Below, one piece after another: positions 29,438-39,461 of a stretch of 64,000 bases of DNA (positions are counted from its first letter, which is position 1; each line of letters starts with the position of its first letter). The notes under the pieces were generated by a model. It was not told the origin of the DNA and did no database searches. It worked only from the letters and a program-made list of their open reading frames with translations. The DNA lies in contig CAWHAA010000010.1 of NCBI GenBank assembly GCA_963827275.1, positions 432,189 through 496,188 of the forward strand. Direction: 5' to 3'. The DNA is from an uncultured Spirochaetota bacterium. GTDB taxonomy: Bacteria > Spirochaetota > UBA4802 > UBA5550. The translations under genes were made by a program, and so were the position numbers.

Positions 29438-30753
29438 CAGCACCTTCTCCCTTCTTCTGTCCGGGGCGGCGCTGCTGGCGTCCGGTTCGCCCGTGCGGGC
29501 CGCCGATGACCAGGCCGTTGTCGGCGTGCTCCGTCCCGTGACAAACGCCGCGCTGTACAATACCGCCGCAGCCCTCCAGCGGGGCATCATTGACTCGGCG
29601 CGCGCCGGTTCCCTCTTCGCCGTGCCGCCGGTGAACCCCGGACCGCTCTGGTACGCGTACGGGCAGGAAAGCGATATCACGCCGCGGAATCTCGAGCGCT
29701 ACGAGGAGATCTGCGCCACTCTCGGGTGCAGCCACCTGCTGATGGGGAAATTATACGCACGGTAAAAAAGAAATTCTGGCCGAGATCAGGCTCTACTCGT
29801 CCCGGGAAAAAAGGCTCCTCCGCGTCCCTGGCGACACGATCGCGCCCGGCGCGGTGAATAAACCGGCAGAGCGGATCGCGCGGCGGGTGTCGCTCTATCT
29901 CCTCGGCCGGCTCCCGGCGGTCAACGAGCTCAGGGTCTCGAAAGGCTCCTCGCCGGCCGACGTCACCCTCTCCTGGAAATGCCCCGGGAGCGACAACAAC
30001 TTCATCATCTCCCGGTCGCCGTTCGAGACCGGCCCGTACGCGAAGATCGGCGAGACGCGCTCAACGCGCTTTATCGACACCACCGCCGAGCAGGGGATGA
30101 AATACTGGTACTCGGTTTCGGTCGCGCGCGGCGGCCTGGAGGGCATACCGGCATCGGGCAGCGGGTACCGGAAGCCGCCCGCGCCGCAGGGGCTTACCGT
30201 GAGCGGGATGATGGACGGCCGCACCAGGCCCTGGCCGGAACCGGGTTCCCGCGAAGAACGGGAGAGGGAACGGCTCCATCTCCAGCTCTTCGAGAAATAT
30301 TACGAGAGCCCCTTCATGGTCGCGTTCATCATAATGGTCGGGAAGATGTACATCAACAGCGGCGAGCTGATCGCGTTCCGCGATTTCACCTCGTACGCCT
30401 GGGAGCCGGGCGAGCGGGTGGTCTATCTCATGAAGCCGGGCATGCCCCGCATCAGGTTCCACTCCCGGAGGTTCTTCCGCTTCGCGCGCGACATGCACGA
30501 CCTCCATATACCCTTCGAGGAGCTCATGCCCCGCGTCATCGGCAACGCGATCCTCTTCTGCGTCCGGGTCGATGATCAGGAGACCCGGCTGGCGGACGGC
30601 AGGACGCGGTACGTTCCCGTCCTGGAAGGGGTGGGACTCTCCACGGAGTACCACCGCGATTACGTGAAATGGCGGAGCAACACCGTCGTGTTCGGCACCA
30701 GCACCGACGCGCTGTACAAGCGGATCCTCGAGGCCCAGCGCAGGGGCTACTGA
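29403..30753 (+). CDS. Secreted protein with FN3-like domain, frameshifted near 29760-29850
   Basis: Signal peptide in 29403 ORF; VTLSW...FIDTTAEQGMKYWYSV in 29854 ORF; coding-like linker. Confidence 0.6.
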
Positions 30754-30778
30754 CCCCGGCCGCGCGCCGGGGCGCGCC

Positions 30779-31504
30779 TCACTTCTTCCAGACCTTCTTG
30801 ATGAACGCGGTGAACCCGCGCTGCTCGTGCTCGAGCGAACCCTCGAGGGTCGCGCGGTTCCGGAACTCGATCAGGTTCTTCATGGTCTGCAGCATGTCCG
30901 GGTTCAGCGCGGCCACCTGAAGCCGGCCACCTCCTTGGCCCGCGGCACCAGGCTGTCCGCCGGCGACGACCTCGTTTACCAGCCCGGCCCGCAGCGCCTC
31001 CTCCGCCGATGATGAACTGGCAGGTGTAGCGACATCTGCTTCGCCATCCGCTGGCCCACCGCCTCCTGGAGGAGCTGGCTCATGCCCCACCCGGGGTGAA
31101 TCCCCATCTTTACGTGCGTGTCGGCGAACGACGCCTGCTCCGAGGCGATGAGGAAATCGCAGTTCAGGGCGAGTTCGAACCCGCCGGTCATCGCCGGGCC
31201 GTTGACCGCGCCGATGATCGGCTTCGCGCAGGCGGCCGAACACCTCCGATCAGGCCCCGGCCGTCGCCGCGCGGGTCGATCAGGTTATCGGTCGCGATCG
31301 CCTTCAGGTCCAGGCCGGAGCAGAACGCCGTGCCCGCCCCGGTGATCACCGCCGCCCGGATGTCCCCGCCTGACGCGACCGTCGTCGAGGCAGTCGTACA
31401 GGTTCTCCAGCAGGTCCTGGTTCAGCGCGTTGCGCCGCTCCGGGCCGGTTCAGGGTGATGAGCGCGACGCCGCCGGTTTTCTCAAAAATAACGGTCTTTT
31501 CCAT
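30779..31504 (-). CDS. Enoyl-CoA hydratase/isomerase, several frameshifts
   Basis: Pieces ALITLNRP, AFCSGLDL, GGFELALNCDF, GIHPGWG in different frames. Confidence 0.8.
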
Positions 31505-31524
31505 AATTATGCCCTCTTTCTATT

Positions 31525-32918
31525 ATTATTTCGATGAAATACCCGTCCTTGACCCCCAGGCCGACGACGCTGCCCCTTCTTTATCACGAAGTCGTAGATC
31601 TCCCCCTTCTCGGTCTGGCCCGGATATATATAGACAAAGGTATGGAGCGAGGTCGGCACGAGGCCGAGCGCGCGCCGGTGTACGACTTGGCCGCCACCAG
31701 GTACCCGCCGGGGTGCAGCTCGATGTCGACGAAGCGGCCGCCTGCCGGGTTGGTGTACTGGCGGTAGCGCCCCACGAAGAGCCCGAGCTGCTTCGCGCCC
31801 GGCCTGTCCGCCTCGAAGGTGACGGGATCGAAACCGTCCGTCATCAGGGCCGCGCAGAACCGCACCAGGCGGCTCTTCAGCCGGTAGTAGTACCCGTAAT
31901 ACTCCTCGCGGTCGTATACCGGCGGGTTGCTGATGAAGACGTAGCCGCTGTTGTGCCGCGGGAACAGCTGCATGAAGCCGCCCGCCCCGGGCATGTGGGC
32001 GGCGTGGTGCATGGAATAGACGCTCCTGCCGACGGACCAGATCCGAAAGCAGAGCCCGCGGTACTCCTTCCTGCGCGACGGGGGGCTTTCGATGGTCTCA
32101 TTGACGATCCTGTCGAACATGCGCTTCGATATGAGCCGCCTCCCCCCGTACCTGCCCCCGTGCAGGAACATGATCATGTATTTCACGAGGTCGTTCAGCG
32201 AGCACTCGATCCCGGCCGCGCCGCGCGTGTACGAAGGCGCCCTGGAATCTTTCATCTCCAGCGGCGACCAGGATGTTCCGGGTCACGTACTCGCCCAGGG
32301 GCAGGCCTGACGCTTCGAACACGATGAAGCCCAGGAGGTTGTAGCCCTGGTTGCAGTAGTTGAACCGGAACCCGGCCGGATATTTCTGCTCGGGCACGAT
32401 GAAGGGATAATTGCTCCGTTCCTGCTTCGGGTCGGGTCCTCGATGAGGCCCGAGGTATGGGTAAGGAGGTGCCAGACGGTGATCCGGTCCGAATTGAGCC
32501 CGGGCGCCTCGAACGGTACCCCCAGGTGCGTGCTGATGGGATCGTCAAGGGAGAGGATCCCGCGGTCGGCAAGCTGGAGGATTGCCAGGGCGGTGAAGGT
32601 CTTCGTGAGCGACGCGGCCTGGAAGAGGGTCGAGGGAGTGCAGTTCACCGTCTCGATCGCCACGGGCCTGCCGTTCCATACCACCGCGGCCGCTGCGGAC
32701 GGCACCACCGGGCCGCCGGTGTTCGCCCGCATCCACGAGGAGAGGGCCCTCTTTTCAGCGTTGATTTTTTCGTCGCTGACCCTCTTCTCCTGCGCGGCCT
32801 TTATCTCCGCACTCCGGGCCGGGGGCCTCTCCTTCTTCTTTGTATCCTCCCAGAACCAGCCCGTGGACAGGAGCAGGGCCATGCAGATCAAGATCGGGAC
32901 AACGAGGGGATGCGACAT
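31525..32918 (-). CDS. Serine hydrolase (beta-lactamase/PBP family), frameshifted
   Basis: ASLTK (SxxK), LLTHTSG and YCN spread over three ORFs; 3' end approximate. Confidence 0.78.
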
Positions 32919-33007
32919 ATATCGGCCTGCGGTACACATACCAGAGTAGAGCGTCGGGAGATCAATCTGTCAAATACAAACGGAAAAAAAATACCGTCGG
33001 TGCGCGG

Positions 33008-34351
33008 CTATTCCCGCACCGCTTCGTAATAGCCGTGACGGAGCGCGAGGCCGACCACCCGGCGGTCCTTCCACACGAAGTTGTGAAGCATCCGCCCGCT
33101 GTCGATCAGGAAGCGGTTCGAGGTGAAGGTGCGGAGGGGCATCCGGCCGCCAAAGCCGTCGCTGAAGAGCGTGCCGCCCCGATACGACACATGCACCGTC
33201 TGCCCGGTGATGACGTTCCGGTAGCGCCCGTCGTACTGCCTGAGCTCTTCCGGGGTCAGTGACGGCCAGGCCGTGCAGAGGGTCTCGTCGCCGGAAATCT
33301 TCCGCACCAGCGAGCGGAGCATGGCGGTGAGGCCCTGGCGCCACGACATGAAGGAGTCGCCCAGGTGCGCCGGCGGATTGCAGAGATATATGAAGGCGAT
33401 TTTTTTCGACGGGAAGACCTGCAGGCCTGACGCCTGGCTGAACCACCGCCCCGCCTTGTAGTAGCTGTCGATGTCGCCGCCCACGGTGATGACCTCCCAG
33501 CTCAGGGAGTAATAGTAATCGACCTTCGTGCGCGGGAGCTCCACCGGCCTGGTCAGCATCTGCGCGAAGCTCTCCCCGTTGAGGATCCTCCTGCCGCGGA
33601 AGGTGCCGCCGTTGATCAGCATCGCCGCGTAGTTCGCCAGGTCCCGTATCGTGGTGACGATGCCGCCGGTCCCGTTCGAGAACTCGGCGGTGCTGTCGCG
33701 CATCTCCAGCGGCCGGAGGACCATCTCCATCATGCCCTCGGCATACGACCTGCCGGTCGCCGCTTCGATGACATGCATCATGAGCTCGTATCCCTCGTTC
33801 GAGTAGGAATAACAGTAGCCGGCGGGGTGGACCTGCCGCGGCACGGAGATCGTTTTTCCGCCGACAGCATACTTTTCATAGATGGACCCGGACGAAGGGA
33901 TGCCGGAGGTGTGCGAAAGCAGGTGCCTGACGGTGACGGGGGCGGAGCGCAGCTCGCGCCGCTCGATCACCACGCCGGGCAGGTACCTCGACACCGGCTC
34001 GTCCAGCGACAGTATCTTTTCCTCGTGGAGACGGAGGGCCAGCACCGCGGTGAAGGTCTTGGAGAGCGAGGCGATGCCGAACCGCGTGTCGCAGTCGGCC
34101 CTGACCCCGTGATGGTACACGAGCCGGTCGCCCTGGACAACCCCCGCCGCCGCTGACGGGACGATGCCGGCCGGGACGTTGCCGTCCAGCCATGACGCGA
34201 ACTGGCCGCCGTATTTTTCAACGCGCGCCTCCATGCCCGGGTCGATGACCGCCCGCGGCCCGGTTGACCGCGACCCGGTGGCCTGGCCGGCGAAAATGAT
34301 TACGCCGAGCGCCGCAGCCGCCGCCGATAACAGGTAGAACCTTCTATGCAT
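33008..34351 (-). CDS. Serine hydrolase (beta-lactamase/PBP family)
   Basis: SLSK, LLSHTSG, YSN; signal peptide. Confidence 0.88.
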   Translation of the reverse strand: MHRRFYLLSAAAAALGVIIFAGQATGSRSTGPRAVIDPGMEARVEKYGGQFASWLDGNVPAGIVPSAAAGVVQGDRLVYHHGVRADCDTRFGIASLSKTFTAVLALRLHEEKILSLDEPVSRYLPGVVIERRELRSAPVTVRHLLSHTSGIPSSGSIYEKYAVGGKTISVPRQVHPAGYCYSYSNEGYELMMHVIEAATGRSYAEGMMEMVLRPLEMRDSTAEFSNGTGGIVTTIRDLANYAAMLINGGTFRGRRILNGESFAQMLTRPVELPRTKVDYYYSLSWEVITVGGDIDSYYKAGRWFSQASGLQVFPSKKIAFIYLCNPPAHLGDSFMSWRQGLTAMLRSLVRKISGDETLCTAWPSLTPEELRQYDGRYRNVITGQTVHVSYRGGTLFSDGFGGRMPLRTFTSNRFLIDSGRMLHNFVWKDRRVVGLALRHGYYEAVRE

Positions 34352-34747
34352 TCCGCATCCCGAAAAGAGTTATATTTCTTATGAAACGAAAGAGATTGTT
34401 ATCTATATGCGCCTGCGGGGCCGTTATTTGCCTCGCAGACTGAAATTTTCATAGATAGTACAACAGTGTCAATACTGTCAAGTTAAAAATGCGATCCGCC
34501 CGGGGGCCCTTCGCTCCCGCATTATACTAATTATATCGGCCCGTGAGCGACAGGACACAACTATCTGAGCAGAAAACCATTGCCGCCATCATTTCACGCT
34601 CCCCTGTCCCCTGCCTCGCGCCCCATTTAAGGGACACAAGGGCGAAAAAATTATTGACCGATGCTCCTTGACTTTCCATAACTACAGGAGTACTTTTATA
34701 TATCTCATTCCGTTCCCCGGGAGCGGCGGGGAAACAGGAAGCGCGCC

Positions 34748-35911
34748 ATGACAGAAGACAAATATGAACTAATCATCAACCACAGCCTCGACCGCGGGTT
34801 CGAGCGGATCAGCCTTGACAAGAGAGACTACCTGAAAGAGCTGTCCTACCTCTTGAAAGAACCGCACAAGGTGTTCCTCGGGCTGGGAGACTTCCTGGAA
34901 ATAGGCGACTACAACACCCTGATCGACAACATCTTCTTCGACACCGAGGGCATCAAGATAGAGAACATCCTTGACGACAACAACCGCCGGCTCTCCACCG
35001 GGGGCGACGTCCCCTTCTCCTTCTTCAAGCTGGCGGTCTACTTCCCGGACTTTTTACTGAAAGACGTGCCCACCTCCTGCATCTCGGTCATCGGCGAGAA
35101 GTCGCGGCTCTTCCCCGGCGCGGAGACCTTCATCAGGTTCATCAAGTCATACGAGCCGGTCGTGCTCACCGCGATGCCCTTCGAGATCGCCATTGAGCTT
35201 ATCAAGCGCGTGGGACTGGACGAAAACAACCTCGTGTGCACCGATTACAAGAAAAAATCAGACCCGGTCAAGAAGGAGGTCTACGCGGGCGACATCAACC
35301 GGTTCCTCTCCGGCGACCGGAAGAGCCTCGTCATAGAGAAGTACATGCACGAGAACGACCTCAAGGAGAACGATGTCGTGTACATCGGCAGGGGCGAAGC
35401 GGGGGTCAAGACGTTCTCCTCCGTAAACTCGGTCGCCTTCAACCCGTTCGACAACATCATCCAGCAGTCGAAGATCACCCTGTACGGCTCGTCGCTGATA
35501 TCGCTGCTGGCCCTCTTCAACTTCGACGGCAGGCTGGACGAGCTGCTCCTGTCCGAGAAATTCGAGGAGTTCATGCCGTCCCTGGTCGTCTATTCCTCGG
35601 TGAAGGAAAAATCACCCGAGCTGGTAAACATCGAGATACAGCACCGCAACATGCAGAGCAACATCATCGGCCAGCGCATCGAGCATTCGGGCGAGAGCTA
35701 CAAGTCGGTCGAACGCGAGATCGAGGTCGTCTTCGCCGGGTCGTCCATCAACATCAACCAGGTGAAACAGCTCGTCACCGAGCGGATGGAGGAGTACCGC
35801 CGCAACCCCGCCGAGCTGGTGAAAAAAATTTACGAGATAGCGAAAGTACGCTACAAGAACTTCTGCACCGCGGGCGCCCCCCCGCAGCAGGCCCCGCATG
35901 TCGTTCTGTGA
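34748..35911 (+). CDS. Uncharacterised protein, HAD-like fold suspected
   Basis: LFPGAETFI and VVYIGRG resemble HAD motifs; strong codon bias; upstream TTGACT-N17-TACTTT at 34668-34696. Confidence 0.55.
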   Translation: MTEDKYELIINHSLDRGFERISLDKRDYLKELSYLLKEPHKVFLGLGDFLEIGDYNTLIDNIFFDTEGIKIENILDDNNRRLSTGGDVPFSFFKLAVYFPDFLLKDVPTSCISVIGEKSRLFPGAETFIRFIKSYEPVVLTAMPFEIAIELIKRVGLDENNLVCTDYKKKSDPVKKEVYAGDINRFLSGDRKSLVIEKYMHENDLKENDVVYIGRGEAGVKTFSSVNSVAFNPFDNIIQQSKITLYGSSLISLLALFNFDGRLDELLLSEKFEEFMPSLVVYSSVKEKSPELVNIEIQHRNMQSNIIGQRIEHSGESYKSVEREIEVVFAGSSININQVKQLVTERMEEYRRNPAELVKKIYEIAKVRYKNFCTAGAPPQQAPHVVL

Positions 35912-36128
35912 AACCTGCCCCATCGAAGAGAAGCTGATGCAGTGCTGCGGCAGGCTGCCCATGACCGGGGAGCGCGCCGGGCTCGCGCTCGAATCGGGCG
36001 CCGTCGTTAACGCCTGCCCGCACCTCGGCGCAGGCGGGCGCTGCACCATCTATGACGCCAGGCCGCAGGGATGCAGGGAGTTTTTCTGCGACGCGTTCAT
36101 GACTGACGTCAGGGCGTTTGTACGCTAG
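35898..36128 (+). CDS. YkgJ-type Cys-cluster (Zn/Fe-chelating) protein
   Basis: CETC..CC...CPHL...CTIYDARPQGCREFFC. Confidence 0.8.
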   Translation: MSFCETCPIEEKLMQCCGRLPMTGERAGLALESGAVVNACPHLGAGGRCTIYDARPQGCREFFCDAFMTDVRAFVR

Positions 36129-36185
36129 ACCACCCAGTCCGCAGGAATCCATCAACTACCCCCTGGCAAACGGAAATTGCGCACA

Positions 36186-36669
36186 TGATCATGTCAACTC
36201 CCCCCTGTCCCCCGTAGGGGGCACGTAGGATTTTACTTTCTCTGTTAATTCTTTCTTGATCTTAACAACGACTGAATCAATGTCTTTCATAACTTGATCA
36301 TTAACAAATCGCAATGTCGTGATCCCGAGACTCTTCATGAAATCGTCACGGTATTCATCACAGTCTTTTCTTTCTCTATGGATGTCTCCGTCCAATTCAA
36401 TTGCCAGAAATCTTTCATCACAGTAAAAATCAAGAATATAGCGATATATTGGATGCTGGGATCTGAACCTGTATCCCTCAAGCTATTTATTCTTCAACCT
36501 CTGCCATAATAACTGTTCACTGACAGTTAAATTATTTCGCATATTTCTTGACAGTTGAATAATATAATCCGGTGTTTTAACGCCGTTATTCATTTGCCTT
36601 TACATCCAGCCCCTTGATTCGTGCCCCCTACGGGCGCCGTGCTGAGCTTGTCGAAGCGGGACAGGGGGG
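36186..36669 (-). mobile_element. DUF559 gene bracketed by hairpin inverted repeats, candidate mobile element
   Basis: Left CCCCCCTGTCCCCCGTAGGGGGCACG; right CGTGCCCCCTACGGG[insert]GGACAGGGGGG; AT-rich interior. Confidence 0.7.
36189..36593 (-). pseudogene. DUF559 (Vsr-like PD-(D/E)xK) endonuclease with in-frame TAG at codon 37
   Basis: MNNGVKTPDYIIQLSRNMRNNLTVSEQLLWQRLKNK*LEGYRFRSQHPIYRYILDFYC...LAIELDGDIH...RDDFMKSLGITTLRF; TAG at 36485-36483. Confidence 0.88.
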
Positions 36670-36676
36670 TCGTGAG

Positions 36677-37925
36677 TTATTTGTGTCTCCCTATCACTTC
36701 CCGGTATTTCGCGAACACCTTCCGGTCGGAAAGTATGCCCTCGTGGTCCACGTCAAACGGGAATGTTTCCCGCGCGCCGCTGTAGGCGCGCTCGTCAAGG
36801 GCCCGGCCCTTTGCGACGCCGTCGGCCGTCCCGTAAAAGAGGTAGTAGCGCAGGCCGTCCGGCAGCTTCGCCCGCAGCGCCCGGTCTATGAAGGCGCTGG
36901 CCGACGTGACGTCGTACCAGACCGGGAGCTTCTTCGACGGGAAACGGAAGGCGTTGTCGGCGGACTCGAAGCCGCCCCACGGCGAGGCGAGGGTCACATA
37001 GACCGTCACGTTGATGCCAGCCCTCTTCAGGTCATACCGGGTAAGCATGTCCCTGGTGATAAGGCCGCCCATGCTGTGAGCGGTGATGCAGATGGCGGAA
37101 AAGCCGAATTTTTTCCTGAGGTCTTTCAACGCCTCGAACAGGAGCCGCGAGGCAAGGCCGAGCCGGATGCCCGAAGGGTAGTAAAAGAACCAGGGCTGGT
37201 AGCGCTTCGCGTCCAGCCTGAACAGGAAATAGGCCCAGTTCTGCGGGCTGCCCTGCGCGCCGTGGACAAAGAGCACCGGCACCCTGCCCGGGTCGTAGTC
37301 CCGGTGCAAGGAAGATGTTCGCGCCGAAGGCCTTCATGAAGGCAGAGGGCGACCACCAGCCGATCTCGGCGTTCCCGGCGCAGAACCGCTCGTCGTATAA
37401 ACGGGCCACCGTGCCGTTGGCCGCCAGGCGGGGAGCCGATGCGGGATCATCCTTCAGACGGAACGGGCGGGGAACGGCCCCTGCCGCGGCCCGCCCCGCT
37501 CCCTCGGCAATCAGGACATCGGTTTTCACCTCATCAACCCCCACCTGAATAACGCCCGGTCCGCCCCCCGCGCCGGCGCCGCGATAGGCGCCGGAGACCC
37601 CGGTCTCGTCAAAGACGCCATCGCCGTCAGCATCGCGGACGGAATAGAGGCGGTATGCCCCGGCGGCGAGATAGAGGCTGAAGGGCCCGGGGCGCTCCAG
37701 TATGACATGGTCCTCCGCGGGCGCGGCCGCGCCGTCCGCGCGGCAGGCCAGCACCAGTACCGGGCCGCCCTCCGCGCCGGAGACCCGCCCCAGTATCACG
37801 GATGAATTGTATTCCCGGGCCCGTCCCTTCTGCACATCGTCCCGCGTGCCGATGGAGAGATACCCGCACGCGCCGATCGACACGATGCAGAGAAGCGCAA
37901 GCGCCGTTCCTGCGGTTTTTCCCAC
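36677..37925 (-). CDS. Alpha/beta-hydrolase lipoprotein, frameshift near 37310
   Basis: IGAC lipobox-like; VLFVHG and AHSMGG. Confidence 0.78.
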
Positions 37926-37926
37926 G

Positions 37927-39000
37927 CTACTTCCCCGTCCCTGTTTTTTTCGCGATGAGGGCGGCGATCTCATCGAACCTGTTTTCCCGCGCGATCATTT
38001 CAGCGGTCTTCCCCTCGCTGTTCCTGATGGATATGTCAGCGCCGTGCTCCAGGAGCCAGGATACGGTATCATGATAGCCGTAGTAGGCCGCCGTCATGAG
38101 GGCGGTCATGCCGCTCCCGTCCTTCCGGTCGGGGTCCGCGCCCCCGCCCACCAGCACCGGCACCTGGTCCAGCCAGCGGTTGTATATGGCGAAATGAAGC
38201 GGCGTCCCGCCGTCGGGCCCGCGCGCATTGAGGTCCGCGCCCCTCCTGATGAGCGCGGGGAGAAGGACGTTCAGCCCCAGGGAGAGCGCGAGGACCGCCG
38301 CCGGCCGCCCCTCCCGGTCCTTCGCGTCCGGGCCGGCGCCGTGGGAAAGGAGGAGCTCCGCCATGTCGGCATACCGGCTCTCCATGGCGACGATAAGGGG
38401 CGCCGTTGCCCCGGCATCGGGATCGGCGCCCTTCTTCAGCAGCAGCGCGGCAAGGTCGAATTGGCGGTATTCAAGCGCCGCGACCAGGGGGGTCTTCCCC
38501 TGGCTGTTCCGCGCATTGACGTCGGCGCCGGACCCGATAAGGACCGCGGCGATGTCGCCGTATCCCCGGCAGACCGCCTTCATGAGGGCGGTGTCCCCCG
38601 CGCTGTCCGCGCCTGCGGTCCTGGCGCCGATGTCCATCAGGTAGCGCGCGGTCCCGGGCCGGCCGCTGTCAAGGGCGATCATGAAGGCGCTCCTGCCGTC
38701 CTGGTCTGTCGCGTTGATGTCCGCCCCCTTTGATACCAGATATTCAACCAGGCCGTCATGACCGCTGCGCGCGGCATACATGCACGCTGTCCATCCGTAG
38801 GCGTCCCGTCCGTTTGCCGCGGCGAGCCGCTCCTCGACGCAGCGCATGGCCGCGATCAGGTCGCCCCGCTCAGCGGCGCTGTTAAGGTATCCCTGGGGGT
38901 CGTGGTATGAACGGGAGAGGTCCGTATTGACCGTGCGGAGCTTCGGGGCCGAGCAGGCACAGGCGAGCGCAATGAGCGCGATTGAACATAGTGCCTTCAT
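37927..39000 (-). CDS. Ankyrin-repeat lipoprotein
   Basis: LACAC lipobox-like; repeated G.TAL..A...GADxN. Confidence 0.92.
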   Translation of the reverse strand: MKALCSIALIALACACSAPKLRTVNTDLSRSYHDPQGYLNSAAERGDLIAAMRCVEERLAAANGRDAYGWTACMYAARSGHDGLVEYLVSKGADINATDQDGRSAFMIALDSGRPGTARYLMDIGARTAGADSAGDTALMKAVCRGYGDIAAVLIGSGADVNARNSQGKTPLVAALEYRQFDLAALLLKKGADPDAGATAPLIVAMESRYADMAELLLSHGAGPDAKDREGRPAAVLALSLGLNVLLPALIRRGADLNARGPDGGTPLHFAIYNRWLDQVPVLVGGGADPDRKDGSGMTALMTAAYYGYHDTVSWLLEHGADISIRNSEGKTAEMIARENRFDEIAALIAKKTGTGK

Positions 39001-39004
39001 GATG

Positions 39005-39167
39005 ATGTCACCCCCCCTCTCCCCCGGGAACGCATACGCTTGATCATGTCAACTCCCCCCTGCCCCCCGGGAACGCATACGCTTGATCATGTCAACTCCC
39101 CCCTGCCCCCCAGGGAACGCATACGCTTGATCATGTCAACTCCCCCCTGCCCCCCGGAGGGGGCACG
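39005..39167. repeat. Tandem array of left-end units (41-44 bp, 3 copies plus terminal IR)
   Basis: ATGTCAACTCCCCCCTGCCCCCCGGGAACGCATACGCTTGATC starting at 39005, 39046, 39089, 39133. Confidence 0.92.
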
Positions 39168-39245
39168 TGCGATCATGCTTATACTAACAACTCTTTTGTC
39201 CCTTGCCAGTTGAACAACATAATCAGGCGTTTTAATACCTTTATG
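39130..39245 (-). pseudogene. Internally deleted DUF559 remnant
   Basis: KGIKTPDYVVQLAR joined to KEL...HVPPPGGRGELT*, matching both ends of 36189-36593. Confidence 0.8.
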
Positions 39246-39262
39246 CTTAGTACCTGATAACA

Positions 39263-39450
39263 AGCCCCCTCAACCGTGCCCCCTGCGGGGGACAGGGGGG
39301 GAATTCAGCCCCCTCAACCGTGCCCCCTGCGGGGGACAGGGGGGGAATTCAGCCCCCTCAACCGTGCCCCCTGCGGGGGACAGGGGGGAATTCAGTCCCC
39401 TCATTCGTGCCCTCTGCGGGGCAAAGCACTGAGCCTGTCGAAGCGGACAG
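39263..39450. repeat. Tandem array of right-end units (43-44 bp x4)
   Basis: AGCCCCCTCAACCGTGCCCCCTGCGGGGGACAGGGGGGGAATTC at 39263, 39307, 39351; degenerate at 39394. Confidence 0.92.
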
Positions 39451-39461
39451 AAGAGTTTACG

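Noticed and set aside
31525..34351. Antibiotic-resistance beta-lactamases
   Set aside because: Only generic SxxK/YxN serine-hydrolase motifs; substrate cannot be inferred
36483..36485. Pyrrolysine or stop-codon reassignment in DUF559
   Set aside because: TAG terminates other genes here (e.g. 3562, 15365); a CAG-to-TAG change is simpler
39005..39450. CRISPR array
   Set aside because: Units are head-to-tail with no unique spacers, the two arrays are inverted, and no cas genes are in the window
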